DNA from: an uncultured Gemmatimonadaceae bacterium
GTDB taxonomy: Bacteria; Gemmatimonadota; Gemmatimonadetes; Gemmatimonadales; Gemmatimonadaceae
Reading direction: 5' to 3'
Assembly: GCA_963829055.1 (NCBI GenBank)
Contig: CAWHHI010000004.1
Location: forward strand, 352,001 to 416,000
DNA: 64,000 bases
Shown here piece by piece: positions 12,924 to 25,007 of the stretch (the stretch's first letter is position 1; each line of letters opens with the position of its first letter). The notes under the pieces were generated by a model. It was not told the origin of the DNA, did not search any database, and saw nothing but the letters and a program-made list of their open reading frames with translations. The position numbers and the translations under genes were made by a program.

Positions 12924-13092
12924 TCATCTCCGGACAGGTCGCGGTGGGATACTGGTATGGTCGACCGAAACACGTCGGGCTGCATTGGGGGAGGCGGTTG
13001 GGTGGTCCCGTGGCCATATTACCGGCTTCGCATCCGCCTCGCGGCCGCCGCTACCGGTGGCCGCGGGCCGACGATTTCCCCGCCACGCACGC

Positions 13093-15478
13093 ATGCGCGC
13101 CCTCGCTGCACTGCTCGCCGTCACGCACGTCACTGATCCAGGCGATACCTACAGTGGCCGGGAAAGGAAGCTCGATGTTCCGCCGCCACGCATCGAGGCC
13201 GATGTCATAGTCGACGGCGCGCTGACTGAGCCGGCCTGGAGTCAGGCCGCGGTGCTCACCGGGTTCTCGCAGTTCCAGCCGGTGGACGGTCGCCCGCCAC
13301 CGACTCGACCCAGGTGCTCGTGTGGTACTCGGCGACGGCGATCCACTTCGGGATTCGCGCGTACGAGGCACACGGCGTCGTGAACGCGAACCTGCTCGAC
13401 CGCGACAAGATCTTCACGGACGACAACATCCAGATCCTGCTCGGCACGTTCAACGACGGGCGTCAGGCGATGGTGTTCTCGGTGAACCCGCTGGGCATCC
13501 AGGCGGACGGCACGCTGAACGAAGGCACCGGTAGCCGAGGCGGTGGCGCGTTCGGCAGCGCGCAACAGGCGCGGGAGCAGGCGGACCTGAGCGCGAACTT
13601 CGTGTTCGAGTCCAAGGGTCACGTCACCGATTTCGGGTATCAGGTCGAGATTCGGATTCCGTTCAAGAGCCTGCGCTACCAGTCGAAGGACGTCGCAGGA
13701 CTGGGGAATCAACGTCGTTAGGCAGGTGCAGCACCTCGGCCAGGAGGACAGCTGGGTGCCGGCGAGCCGAGCGGGCGCGTCGTTCCTCGAACCAGTCAGG
13801 GCGCCTGATCGGACTGAATGGATCTGCGCCGAGGACTCGTGGTCGACGTCATTCCGGAAGTCGTGACGCGCAGCCTCGGGGCGGAGGATGCCACGACGGG
13901 GCAGTGGGACTACACGCGCGATGGGCCGCAGGTCGGCGGCAACGTGCGGTGGGGCATCACGAACAACCTGACGTTCAACGGTACCGTCAACCCGGACTTC
14001 GCGCAGGTCGAGGCGGACGTCGCGGCAATTCAATACGACCCGCGCGCCGCTGTGTCGTATCCGGAGCGGCGACCGTTCTTTCTCGAGGGCATCGAGAATT
14101 TCTCGATCGCCGAGCAATCTGGTATACACGCGCCGCATCGTGAAACCGGACGGCGCGGCGAAGCTGACGGGGAAGATCGCCGGGACGAACATCGCGTTCC
14201 TGTCGGCGCTGGACGATCGCACGACGTCACTCGACTGGGCGAATCCGGCCACGCGGGCTGACGCGAACCGGCCGTTGTACAACATTCTGCGCGCCACCCG
14301 CGATCTTGGCGGCCAGTCGCGCGTGGGTCTCGTCTACACCGACAAGGTCGATGGGAGCTACTACAATCGCGTCGCCGGCAGTCGATGGGCGCTTCGTGTT
14401 CAAGAAGATCTACACGGTGCGCGGGCAGGTCGCGGGCAGCACGACGCATCGCGGCCCGGTGACGGCGAACGCACCGCTCTGGAACGCGTCGTTCGATCGA
14501 CAGGCCCGCAGCCTTCGACTCACGTATTCGATCAACGCGAGCGATCCGGATTTCCGCGCGGCGTCGGGCTTCCTGTCGCGCATCGGCATCGTGAATACGG
14601 GCTTCAATCATCGCTACACGATCTTCGGCAAGAAGGACGGGCTCGTGCAGTCGATGCAGTTCTCGGTGAACCTCAGTTGACGTGGCAGTACGACCGGTTC
14701 ACTGCTGGGAAGTCATGGCAGGACGGGAAGCTGCACTTCAACGAGAACACGACGTTTCGCGGTGGGTGGCGTGCTGGCGCCTCGCTGCTGCTCGAGCGGT
14801 TCGGCTTCGATGACAATCTGTATCGCGACTATCGCCTGCTGAAGCCGGCCGCGGCGGGGTTCGACACGATTCCGTTCACGGGCGTCGGTCGCCTCAACAA
14901 CCTGGACTGGGTGCTCTCGCTCGGCACGCCGCAGTTCAAGCGATTCTCCGCCGACCTGCTCGACCATCTGGGGGCAGGACGAGAACTTCTACGAGTGGTC
15001 GTCGGCGAACATCGTGACGATCACGGCGAACGTGAGCTGGCGCCCGATCGACAAGCTCCGCGATCGACGCGCAGTACCAGCACCTCGAGTACAACCGGAA
15101 GACGGACGGCAGTCGACGGTCGGCATCCGGAAGATCCCACGTCTCAAGGTCGAGTATCAGATCGCGCGGCCGATGTTCTTCCGGGTCGTCGGGCAGTACG
15201 ACGCGGAGCAGCAGGCGGCGCTGTACGATGACTCGCGCACCTTCTACCCGATCGTTAGGCCGCTGCCGTATCAGCCCGGCGTCGTCGCGCAGGATCTGGG
15301 TTTCTCGCGGAACGATCTGCGCGTGGACTGGCTGTTCTCCTACCAGCCGACACCGGGTACGGTGATGTTCGCGGGGTACGGCGGATCGTACGAGGGTCCG
15401 GAACACCTGCGCTTCAGCGGCATGGAGCGCACGGATGATGGCTTCTTCGTGAAGCTCAGCTACCTGTTCCGGATGTAG
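13093..15478 (+). CDS. CBM9/DUF5916-type outer-membrane protein (frameshifted)
   Basis: VDGALTEPAW, VNPLGIQADG, VEIRIPFKSLRY, TVNPDFAQVEAD, PERRPFFLEG, FFVKLSYLFRM. Confidence 0.8.
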
Positions 15479-15524
15479 ATCTCGTTTCGGACTGGCTCCC
15501 TGCTTCGACTGCTATCTCAGACTA

Positions 15525-15774
15525 GCATCTCAGACGAATGACGCGAACGGATTCGTCTGATCAGGCGGATTGATTCCTCGTCATCCCGAGCGGCAGCGAG
15601 GGACCTTCTCGACCGTCATCATGGCCAATCCTGCTACGATGCCATCACAGAAGGTCCCTCCCTTCGTCGCTGCGCTCCTCAGGGCAGGCTCCGGCGCTCC
15701 TCGGGATGACACATGACGCATGGAGTCAATCCGTCCGATCCGATGCATCCGTTGGCGCCCTTCGTCTGAGATGC
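15525..15774. repeat. Nested palindromic intergenic element
   Basis: Outer imperfect inverted repeat of about 53 bp (15525-15578 / 15722-15774) enclosing a GTCATCCCGAG...CTCGGGATGAC element (15580-15710). Confidence 0.75.
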
Positions 15775-15778
15775 CAGC

Positions 15779-16154
15779 TCAGGCTGTCGCGGGGCGGGAC
15801 TCGCGGTGCGTGAACGTCGCGTAGCCGACGATGATGCCGAGGATCGCGCCAGGCGTCATGATCTGCCAGTAGTACGCTGGCTGGCCCGCCGCGACCTGCA
15901 TGCGTGAGACGCCGAACGCGAGCAGCGTCCCGATCGCGAAGCCGAACAGGATCGCCGAGCGGGAGGGAGTTGACCTTTCGCGCGAACCAGCCGATCAGGA
16001 CGCCGGCGATGAGTCCCTTGACCGTCGAGCCGATAACGATGCCGACAATCCCGGCGCGGACGTTCGGGTCGTCGCCGGCGGAGACGAGCGCCGACAGGCC
16101 GTCGGGGATCCCGAGGGCGCCGCCGAGGAGCATGCCGAAGAGGGGTTTCTTCAT
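15779..16154 (-). CDS. Small multi-pass membrane protein
   Basis: Four hydrophobic Gly-rich segments; frameshift near 15950. Confidence 0.7.
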
Positions 16155-16174
16155 TGGACGGTTAGGCGATAGGA

Positions 16175-16206
16175 GGGAACAGGGAACCGGGAACGGGGAA
16201 CAGAGA
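16175..16206. repeat. GGGAAC(A/C/G) heptamer tandem repeat
   Basis: gggaaca gggaacc gggaacg gggaaca; a similar tract lies at about 26028-26054. Confidence 0.6.
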
Positions 16207-16244
16207 GCTGCTCATATCCTCATTCAACGTCGACGCGTTGTCCT

Positions 16245-17257
16245 TTAGCGAGGGACTGCTACCGCCCGACGACGGCGAGGAACGTCGACGCGCATGATCA
16301 GGTACGCCAGCACGAGCAGGATGGGCGTACTGTGGCGCATCGCGAAGCGACGGACGCGCTCGAACACGTTCTCCCGGTAGGCGGTGACCGGTTCGCCGGC
16401 GCGAAGTGCGGCGACGTCGCGCGCGAGCGCCATCACGTCCGCATACCGATGCTCCGGTTCGTGCGGCCATTGCCCTGTCGAATGATCGCCTGGAGCGGAC
16501 GAGCGGGCGTCGCGCGCACTCATCCGCTGTCCGACGTGTCGGTACGATCGCCGGTGCATCGCACAGATCGCGCAGGATCGCGCCGATGGCGTAGACGTCC
16601 GCGCGCGCATCGACGAGCGCGGGATCGCCAGCGCCTGCTCGGGCGCCATGTAGCCCGGTGTCCCGAGCACGACGCCGTGGCCGGTCGTTGGCTCGATGTG
16701 CCGTCCGCCGCGACGACGGCGGCGTCCACGCCTAACGACATCGCGGCGTCGCCGATCATCTTCGCGACGCCCCAATCCATCACCAGCACCTCGCCGAATG
16801 GGCCGACCATCACGTTCTGCGGCTTGAGGTCGCGATGGATGACGCCGTGCGCGTGCGCGAACGCGACCGCCTCACAGATTCGCTCGACGATCCGCCAGTC
16901 GCTCGGTCAGACGGTGATGCGGGCAGCGCGTCCAGCGGGCGCCGCGCACGAGCTTCATCGCGTAGAACGCTCGTCCGTCCGCGAGCGTGCCGACGTCGTG
17001 GACGGGCACGATCCCCGGATGTTCCAGCTGCGCGAGCGTGCGCGCCTCACGCGATCATCCGCGACGGCGACATCCGGCGAGACTTCGGGCAGACGGATGA
17101 CCTTGAGCGCCACGTCACGCGCCAGCTCGCGATCGCGCGCGCGGTACACGGTGCCCATGCCGCCTTGCCCGACGCGCTCGATGATCTCGTACTTCGTGCC
17201 GCTCAGGTCCGGCGCGTCGGCGGCGTCACGCAGCCGACGGAGCGCGGCATCGGACAA
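16245..17257 (-). CDS. Hanks-type Ser/Thr protein kinase with C-terminal TM segment
   Basis: [41 protein letters not shown]; frameshifted. Confidence 0.92.
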
Positions 17258-17263
17258 GCCCGC

Positions 17264-18082
17264 TCATCCGGGCGGAGTCGATGCCAAGCAGCTCGCGGGC
17301 CTCGAGGCGGAACTCGTCGTCCGTCGCGCACAGCGTCTCGCAGTCGCTCGAGCACGAGATCGACGCAGCTCTCGTCGCGCGAACGCCAGATGGTTCGTCA
17401 CCTGCGTGACCGGAATCCCGAGCTCCGTTCCGAGCTGCGCGTACGTTGGTCGGGCATCGCCGCCGTCGTCGAGGTCATAGCGTTGAAAGACCTCGAACTG
17501 CGCGAGCTTGCCGGTCGCCGCGCACGACTCGCGCAAGCGCGGCGACGGCGTCGGCGAACAGACGCGCGCACCCATTCCTGACGAAAGAGGGCGTCATCAT
17601 CGGCACTCGGCGCGAGCGCCGCGTCGGTGAGTCCGGACCCAATCGGCAGCGTGCCCGATCTCCTGCTCGGCCGCCGCGAAATCCAGCGGAACGAATGACA
17701 CGCCACCGCCACGCTTGATCCGACTTGCGCGCCTTGTGCTCGTTCGCGACGAAGCCGTCGAGACACACGCGCAGGAACGTACGAAACCTCGCCCGCGCCG
17801 GATCGAAACGGCCGAGTGACCCCTTCTCGAACGCGCGGGCGAAGAACTCCTGCGTCAGGTCGGCAGCGTCATCACGGTCGCGCGCGCCACTTGATGCGCA
17901 CGTACTTGTAGACCGGTCGCCAGTACGCCGACACGAGCGCGTCGAACGCGACGCGCCGGGTCTCGAGGTCGGCGCTCGCGATACCGGCGACGACGGAATG
18001 GCGCGTGGCGGGGAACGATCCCACGACGAGAGACGGCGACGGGAGGGGGACGGGGAGGCGACCAAGGCGGGCAGGGCGACAT
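17264..18082 (-). CDS. ECF sigma factor of the kinase-associated type
   Basis: FPATRHSVV...YWRPVYKY, DAADLTQEFFA, RFRTFL, C-terminal HTH YAQLGTELGIPVTQVTNHLAFARR. Confidence 0.82.
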
Positions 18083-18105
18083 CGTAGGCCGCAACGCTGA
18101 GCGGG

Positions 18106-18948
18106 TCAATACGACGGGCCCGCGTTGCCGTCACCGGCTTGGGCGGCGGCGCAACAGGCGGCTGATCGTCCGCGACGAATACCTCGCGGGTGAGCGCCGT
18201 AGCCAGAACCGCCGGCGAACGCCCGGTGAGGGCAGTAGCTCCCGCGTGAGCGATCGTGACGACGCGTAGCCGACGCAGTGCCGCGGCCTGCGACCGGCCT
18301 ACCCGCCCGGACGCGAGCAGGTGGAACGCGGCGTTCACGCGAGCGCACGACAGCACGGTGCGCGCCGGCGCGAGCCCCGCCCGCGCGAGCCAGCGATCGA
18401 GCGACCGGCGCGTCGTATTCGCGGCAGCCGCGAGATCGGACACGGAGCGCAACCTGTCTGGCCTTCGAAAGAGCAGTTCGAGCGCGCCTGACACGCCGAC
18501 CGGGAGCATCCCGAACGCGCCGCCGACGCCGCTCACCAGGCGATCGGCGGAATGCGCGGTGATGGCGCGATGCACCGCCGCCGCAAGCGCGCTCGGTGTG
18601 TCGTCGACTCCGCGGATGATGATTTCGCGCGCGCCAAGCCGAGACGAGCGCCTGCACGGCGCGGATGCCGGTCGCCGTGACGGACACGTAGCCGATGAGC
18701 GCCCCCGGAGGTGCGGTTCCGAGTGCGTCGGCCAGCGCGCGCAGTCGACGAGCGGCTCCGCGTTCGTCGCGACGCAGGGGTCGACGATGACGATGTCGTG
18801 CGCAGGTTGGTCCGCTCGTCGAGCCAGTCGCGTGAGCAGGACGTCCCAGGACGTCGTGTTGGCGACGACGTGGGGCGACGGGAATGCGCGTTGGAGATGC
18901 GCGAGCGAGAGTGACGAGAGATGGCAGAGGGCAAACACACGCGGTCAT
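18106..18948 (-). CDS. Regulator with degenerate receiver-like domain and AraC-like HTH
   Basis: HDIVIVDP; SVSDLAAAANTTRRSLDRWLARAGL; frameshifted. Confidence 0.65.
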   Translation of the reverse strand: MTACVCPLPSLVTLARASPTRIPVAPRRRQHDVLGRPAHATGSTSGPTCARHRHRRPLRRDERGAARRLRALADALGTAPPGALIGYVSVTATGIRAVQALVSAWRARNHHPRSRRHTERACGGGASRHHRAFRRSPGERRRRRVRDAPGRRVRRARTALSKARQVALRVRSRGCREYDAPVARSLARAGGARAGAHRAVVRSRERRVPPARVRAGRPVAGRGTASATRRHDRSRGSYCPHRAFAGGSGYGAHPRGIRRGRSAACCAAAQAGDGNAGPSY

Positions 18949-19135
18949 GGGCGGCGACCGGATGACGTTAGCGTAACCGTCTCACTCACACCGTCATCAT
19001 TCGAACGCGCGCGCCACCGATCTCGCGCAGGCTCGACGTGCCCGCCTCTACCAGCGTCGGTGAGGGTCGCTCTCGTCGTCCTCTTCGTCGTCGCGATCGC
19101 GTCTCGGGCGTCCAGTCGGTGCGAAGTCGTGCGGC

Positions 19136-19394
19136 TCATCGATCTTCTCGCCACCACCATCCTCGGGCCGGCAGTGGAGCCTCGGTGTCCAGGATGCGGC
19201 GAGCCTCGTCGGCGTCCTCACGGCGGACGGCCAGGCGCACCGGGTACAGGATCGCCATGGAGGGGATCATTCCGCCGGCCGTGTCGCGCATGATCGCGGA
19301 CGGGATGTTGTGCGCCTCGAGCACGAGGTGGGCCATCGTCGCCTCCACTTCGCTCGACGTATTTCCGCAGGACGATCACTTCATCGTCGCTCAC
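19136..19394 (-). CDS. DUF2007-like small protein
   Basis: EATMAHLVLEAHNIPS...VRLAVRREDADEARRIL. Confidence 0.7.
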
Positions 19395-19425
19395 GGTTCG
19401 AGTCACGATCGTCGCGGGGACGCGG

Positions 19426-19967
19426 CTAAAGGTGTTCCAGTCCGCTTCGGGCCGACGGAGCTTGCCGGTACGCCTCGACCGCGCTCGTTGCAGCGCCAGG
19501 AGCGAGGTGGCTTCGGGCGGAGCTTCGGTAGGCTCGACCGCGTGCTGAAGGCGACGCGAGCTTGCTCGTATTCGACCCAGCGATGTGAGCTTGTGACGTC
19601 GCGCGGAACTCGCCGGAGGCGCGATCGCTGAGCGAGTGGCGTCGGGCGTACTCGCGGCAGGCCTGCCAGAGGTTGTTCGCCCTGTGCCACCAGTCGTCGC
19701 CCCGCTCGCCGTTGACATCTTCATGCAGGACGACTCGTACGCGGCGGCGGCCTCGGAGAGCTGCTCGTCGCTCGCGGCGACCAGGCGGAGGGCAGCGGTC
19801 TGCTCGATCTCGCTGGTCTCCATCTCGATCAGTCGGGCGTACCGCCGGTGCTGGCGACAGCACTCGGCCGCGGACCGAAAGAGGAGGTCGGCCTTGTCGC
19901 AGATGGTTGGTTCAGGGGCGGCCGCGGCTGCCTTGGAGGCGGGGCGGCGCTGCTTCGTCTTCGGCAT
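19426..19967 (-). CDS. Hypothetical helical protein
   Basis: LFRSAAECCRQHRRY...WWHRANNLWQACREYARRH across frameshifts. Confidence 0.6.
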
Positions 19968-20176
19968 CGGAGGCAACGGAAAGGAGACTCAGTACGACGG
20001 GTGGGCGCGGCGCTCGAGCGGTTCGGCGAGAATAAGACGAAGGCGCCGCCCCCTCATGATAACTAGACGACGCACCATCGCGCCGGGTCATGTGGCCGTG
20101 TCGGCGATCGGGCAATCGGGGCACTGGCGGCCGGAGCTTTTTGCAGGGCCGAGCCGCGGCCGGCGGCGACTCTCCG

Positions 20177-21330
20177 CTACTTCAGCTCGAGATTGTGCTT
20201 GCTGACCAGGTCCATGTACGTCGCGTAGCCACCCTTCGCGGACTCGGACACGAACGAATCGACCGTCTGCAGCAGCTGTGTGCTGAAGTAGCCAGGTACG
20301 CTCTGCGGATGGGACCCGTAGAAGCCGCCGCCGAAGTAGCTGCGGATGATGACGCTGCGCGAATCATGAGGCAGCGTTCGGACGCTCGCCGCGAAGGCGT
20401 CGAACGAGCCTTCACGCATGAGGTAGAACTCCACGTTCGACACGTACAGCGCCGACAGCGTCTCTCCCCGCTCCGTCATCACCTTGCCGATCTCGCGCAG
20501 TGCGTGGTCCCCGGCGAGGTTGCCGACGACCGGCACGATGAGGTTGCGGCCCTCGAGCGACTTCACGAACTGGAAGTCGTCTTCGTGGCGAGGTACGACA
20601 GCTGCTTCCCAGCCAGGTCATGCTCGAGCAGGAGCGATCGCAGCGTCGGATAGTAGGGGCGCGGCGCTCGGCCCAGACTGGTGAACTGCAGTTCCAGTCC
20701 GGCCTCGAAGAACGCCTGGTGGATGTGATCGATAGTCTCGAGCTCCGCCGGCGTCAGCGGAATCCCGTAGCGTTTCACCTTCGTGCGAATCATCGCTCGC
20801 GACGTCTCGTACTGGTCGGCGTCCGCGGGCGTCTTGTCGATGAGCTCGACGACGTCGGCGATACTCTTGCGCTTCCACTTCGCGACGTCGTTAGGTATCG
20901 CCCGGCCGGTGAGCAACGCCAGGTACTCCACGCGGTCGTGCGCCATCTCGAACAGCGCCTTGAACAGCAGATGCTGCAGCAGATTGTCGCGACGAATGTC
21001 GACGATGAACGCGATGCGTGGCCGAATCTGCGCGATGTACGAGAAGCTCTGATCCGGACCAACGCCGATGTACGCGCCGCCGGTGACCCCAAGGCGTCTC
21101 ATGGCGCCGAGCACGTGAAGGTACGACGACTCGTTGGAAATGAGGTTGTCGGAGTCGAAGAATCCGCCGGGCTCCGAGATGCGCGCGCTGAGTGCCGCGA
21201 ATGCCGAGTCGCTGAGTGCGGGCGCCAGCTGTTGCGTGGTGTACGCCGTCGCGTGCGCCGCGTCCTGCTGGTACGCGGAGACCGGCAGCGCCGCGAGCAG
21301 CAGAGCACCCACGACCGATTTCGTCAGCAT
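20177..21330 (-). CDS. Exported hypothetical protein (LIC_10091-like)
   Basis: Signal peptide; SEPGGFFDSDNLISNE, GGAYIGVGPDQSFSYIA, YVSNVEFYL. Confidence 0.7.
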
Positions 21331-21388
21331 GTGGCTGGCTTCCGTGCGTCGAGGAGCAGGTGAGGGGCGTTCATGACGGTATGGGCTG

Positions 21389-21919
21389 TCAGGCCGGCTG
21401 TTGGAGCGCGCGACGGTACGCCTCGAGCACCGCTGGCCCGAAGCACGTGAGCGTCACGCGCTCGATCCGCTCGTCGGCATTGAGGAACCGCCGCACTTCG
21501 CTCACGGCGATCGCTGCAGCCTTGTCCACGGGGTATCCATATACGCCGCAGCTGATCGCGGGGAATGCTACCGTCCGCGCGTCATGCTCGGCCGCCAGAC
21601 GAAGGGATTCACGATACGCTGACGCGAGCAGCTCGGGCTCGCCGTGCGATCCGTCGCGCCAGACCGGACCAACGGCGTGGATGACCCAGCGTGCCGGCAG
21701 TCGATAGCCGCGCGTGATCTTCGCGCGACCGGTTTCACAGCCGCCCAGCGTACGGCATTCGGCGAGAAGCTCAGGGCCGGCGGCGCGGTGAATCGCGCCG
21801 TCCACTCCACCGCCGCCGAGCAGCGACGTGTTCGCCGCGTTCACGATCGCGTCCACGGCGAGCGTCGTGATGTCCGCTGCGACGATCTCGATGCGATTCA
21901 CACTGCTCCTACCGCTCAT
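21389..21919 (-). CDS. Macro-domain O-acetyl-ADP-ribose deacetylase (YmdB-like)
   Basis: [39 protein letters not shown]. Confidence 0.93.
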   Translation of the reverse strand: MSGRSSVNRIEIVAADITTLAVDAIVNAANTSLLGGGGVDGAIHRAAGPELLAECRTLGGCETGRAKITRGYRLPARWVIHAVGPVWRDGSHGEPELLASAYRESLRLAAEHDARTVAFPAISCGVYGYPVDKAAAIAVSEVRRFLNADERIERVTLTCFGPAVLEAYRRALQQPA

Positions 21920-22459
21920 GCGATACCGGCCGGCGCGTTAGGCGTCCGCGGGCGTCGGGCCGGCGCGTCGGCGCCGCCGCGGCGGAGCAACAGCAGTGCG
22001 AGCAGGATCGCGCCGCACGTCACGCCGACGTCCGCGAGGTTGAACGTGTAGAATCGCCAGCCGCCGACGCCGATGTCGATGAAGTCGACGACGCCGCGAT
22101 ACGTGCCGCCTGGCGACCGGAATCGGTCCATCACGTTGCCGATCGCGCCACCGGCGACGAGCGCGAGCGCCGTCGCCTGGACGCGGTCCTTCGGCGGCGT
22201 CGTGCGGTAGATGCTGGCGAGCACGGCGAGCACGCCTAACGCCAGTAACGAGAAGCCCGACGCGGGAATGCTCGCCGAGCGACACGGAGAACGCGGCGCC
22301 GGTATTGTACGCGAGCGTGAAGCGAACGACGTCCCCCACTACGGGGTGCGGGACGTGCTCGGGGACGAGATGCTGCTCCGCCAGCCGTTTGGTCGTGCAG
22401 TCGGCGAGGACGAGCAGAAACAGGAGCGGCCAGAAGGCCTTGGCTTTGCTGGTCAGCAT
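21916..22459 (-). CDS. lspA: Lipoprotein signal peptidase II
   Basis: [29 protein letters not shown]. Confidence 0.93.
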
Positions 22460-22512
22460 CGAGAGGACTCCATGGCCGGAAAGCTAATGACGGCGGGCAC
22501 GGTCACCGTCGT

Positions 22513-23954
22513 TCATTGTCGGGAAAGTGCGGGGATTCTGAGGACCTGGAGGTGCGCGGTCCCGTTCGCGCTCGCGCGCACGAGGATGCCACGAATAGTT
22601 GCCCGGACCTCGAGCACGTCACCGGTAGCCACCTTGGCCACGAGCGACGCGTTCTGCCCGAGCGGCCGATTCATACCCCGCTCCAGGCGGTCGCGTGCCC
22701 GCTCGACCAGGTCGGCGACGGGAAAGCGGGCCCGCGTCCGCAGCATGGTCTGCACGTCCCCTCGGCGCATGAACTCGAGCCCGCGGACGAGCAGGTCGGC
22801 ACTACTGACGTCGTACGCGAGGTCGGGGACGAAGAGCTGCCGCGTTTCGGCGTCGAAGCGCGGCGTGCCGACGAGGTACACGAGGCCGCTGGCCGCACCG
22901 TCGAACCTCAGCGGCGAGCGCTACGCGGCCCCCTCCGATGCCGGACAGGAGCGCTTCGCGGATGGTGATCCATCGGGCGCCACGGCGAATGCGCTTGCCG
23001 ACGAGGTTCTTCTGGAGAATCGCGTTGGCGATGTCGTAGCTCAGTTCTCCCTCGAGCAGCACGTGCAGCGCCTGCTCGTGCTTCCCGGTTTCTCGGGTCA
23101 GCGGAGGAAGGCCGTCGGTGCCGTCGGCCGGGCGCGGGCCGGTGACGACTCGCGGTTCACCCGTGAGTCCGACGTCGAGGGCCACGACCCGACCCGAGCC
23201 GGCAATGGGCCCGAGGTGGACGGCCCGTGGCTGGATGAGCAGCCAGACGCTGTCGGACAGGCGGATGGGACGCTGCAGCACCCGCCACCACCGTTCGATC
23301 GGCGCCCGCACGTCCACCGTCGCGATCTTTTCGTCGAGCTGGACGACGCGCTTCTCGAGCTCCGCTCGGGCCGCGGTCACGACGCGGTCGGTGACGTCGA
23401 TCTTGAAGACGGTGACCTTGCACTGGTCGCGGCGCTCATCGCTGAACGGAGCGACGCGCGTGATCTCGCTCTTGCCGCGGAGTCGCCAGTCGGACGTTAT
23501 GCGGAGCGTCGTCGCGATCTCGACGACCACGCGTGGTCGCGCGGCGCCGAGGCCGCAGGATCCGAACAGGTCGCCACCGAGTGGCGCGTTGTACCACCCC
23601 TTGCCCTGGTACTCGAGCACCGTTTTCAGCCGAACGGTATTCCTCTCGAGTCGCACCTCGAACGGCGAACGCTCGGCCGCGAACGCCGTGTTGACGCGAT
23701 GGTTCGTTGCGCTGCGGCGGCGTGCTTCGAGGTCACCGAACGTTCGCGGCACGGCGGCCTCGAGCCGCTGCGAATGCCGGGGAGAGGTCGTACGTGATCG
23801 GTGCGTCGAGCAGCGACGGCGGGAGCGGCGGGAGGGAGTCGGCGGCGGTATCGGCGACGCGAACTGGAGGCGGTGCGTCCACCGGCCGCGGACGGGCCGC
23901 AGCCGATCAACACCGCGACGACTGCCGCGGAGGAGCGCCATGTCGACGTCGCAT
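22513..23954 (-). CDS. DUF4403-like lipoprotein (frameshifted)
   Basis: LIGC lipobox; WWRVLQRPIRLSDSVWLLIQP, YLVGTPRFD. Confidence 0.65.
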
Positions 23955-23956
23955 GG

Positions 23957-24947
23957 CTATCCCTGTCGGTGCTTGCGCATCCAGTCCTCGACGAACGTCG
24001 GCAGAAACATGTTGTCGGCGATGGCCGCGACTTCCTCTGCCTCCTTCCACGCCTGCTCGAGCAGTGCGAGCTCGCCCTCGAGGGCGCGTCGTTCACTGTC
24101 TTCGTGCGCGGCCATCTCGAGCGCGAGGCGCAGCGACTCCGGCAGTGCCGAGATCTTCGCTTTCGCGCGGCTCATTGCCATGCGAGCGGCGACGTCGAAG
24201 AAGCGCATCGGGTCTGGTACGCGCTCGATCAGCGAGACGGCCTCCGTCACGCGATCGCGCGAGCCGCCGAATCGATTGAGCTGCGGCAGGAGCTTCCCGA
24301 GCGCCTGAATCGCGGGGTCTCCCTCGAGCGTCACGATCTGTTTGCGATAGCGGAAGGCCGAGTCGCCAGCCGGTCTCGTCGCTCGTCACGAGCTGCAGTC
24401 GGCTCAGGTGCTTCCCCTTCACGGTGAGCTCGCCGACGTCGGGGACGGGAAGGCGTGCGACGACCCGCTCGGGTGAGCCTTTGACGATGCGCTCGCCCAT
24501 CTGGCCGATGAGCCATCCGAAACCGCCGATGCCGACGCCCGCCGCGGCGCCGCCGACGACGAGCGCGCCTAACGCGCCGAGCCCGATGCCGACGCGGATC
24601 AGGGCGGTGCGGCGTCGGCGACCGAGCTGATCGCCGTACCGCCAGGCGGCGAATTCGGGGCGTTCGGGGCGACCGATGCGCACGAGCTCCAGCCCGGACG
24701 GGAGTCGGGCGAGACCGATCTGGTCGGTGGAGACGCGGAGTCGGGTGTCACGATAGAACCGCTCGCACTCCTCGATGGCTTCCCATCGTTCTTCGGTCGG
24801 CGTCAGGTTCCACTGGCGGCAACGACGGCAAACGACCCAGAGCCGGCCGCGTTCGGGATCGAAGGCGAGACGCCGGCCAACGGGAAAATGCTCGATGGTG
24901 TCGTTTCCTTCGAGCGCGCTGTGGCAGAAGATGCAGGTAGAATACAT
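23957..24947 (-). CDS. Hypothetical protein with N-terminal Cys4 zinc finger and TM segment
   Basis: MYSTCIFC...WVVCRRCRQWNLTP; LALEMAAHEDSERRALEGEL. Confidence 0.7.
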
Positions 24948-25007
24948 CTCTCTTCGAATATGGCCGACGGCGCAGACAGCGGCGAGGCGACCACCACGGG
25001 GGACGGC

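Noticed and set aside
22211..23797. Long antisense or alternative-frame ORFs (e.g. 22211..23797, 42468..43547, 16332..17480)
   Set aside because: These are Arg/Ala/Pro-rich shadow ORFs expected at high GC, overlapping recognisable genes on the opposite strand.
1..24947. Mass pseudogenisation or programmed frameshifting in nadA, nadC, lspA, MATE and others (also 51-64 kb)
   Set aside because: Single-base indels hit conserved genes indiscriminately and cluster by region, which fits long-read consensus error.
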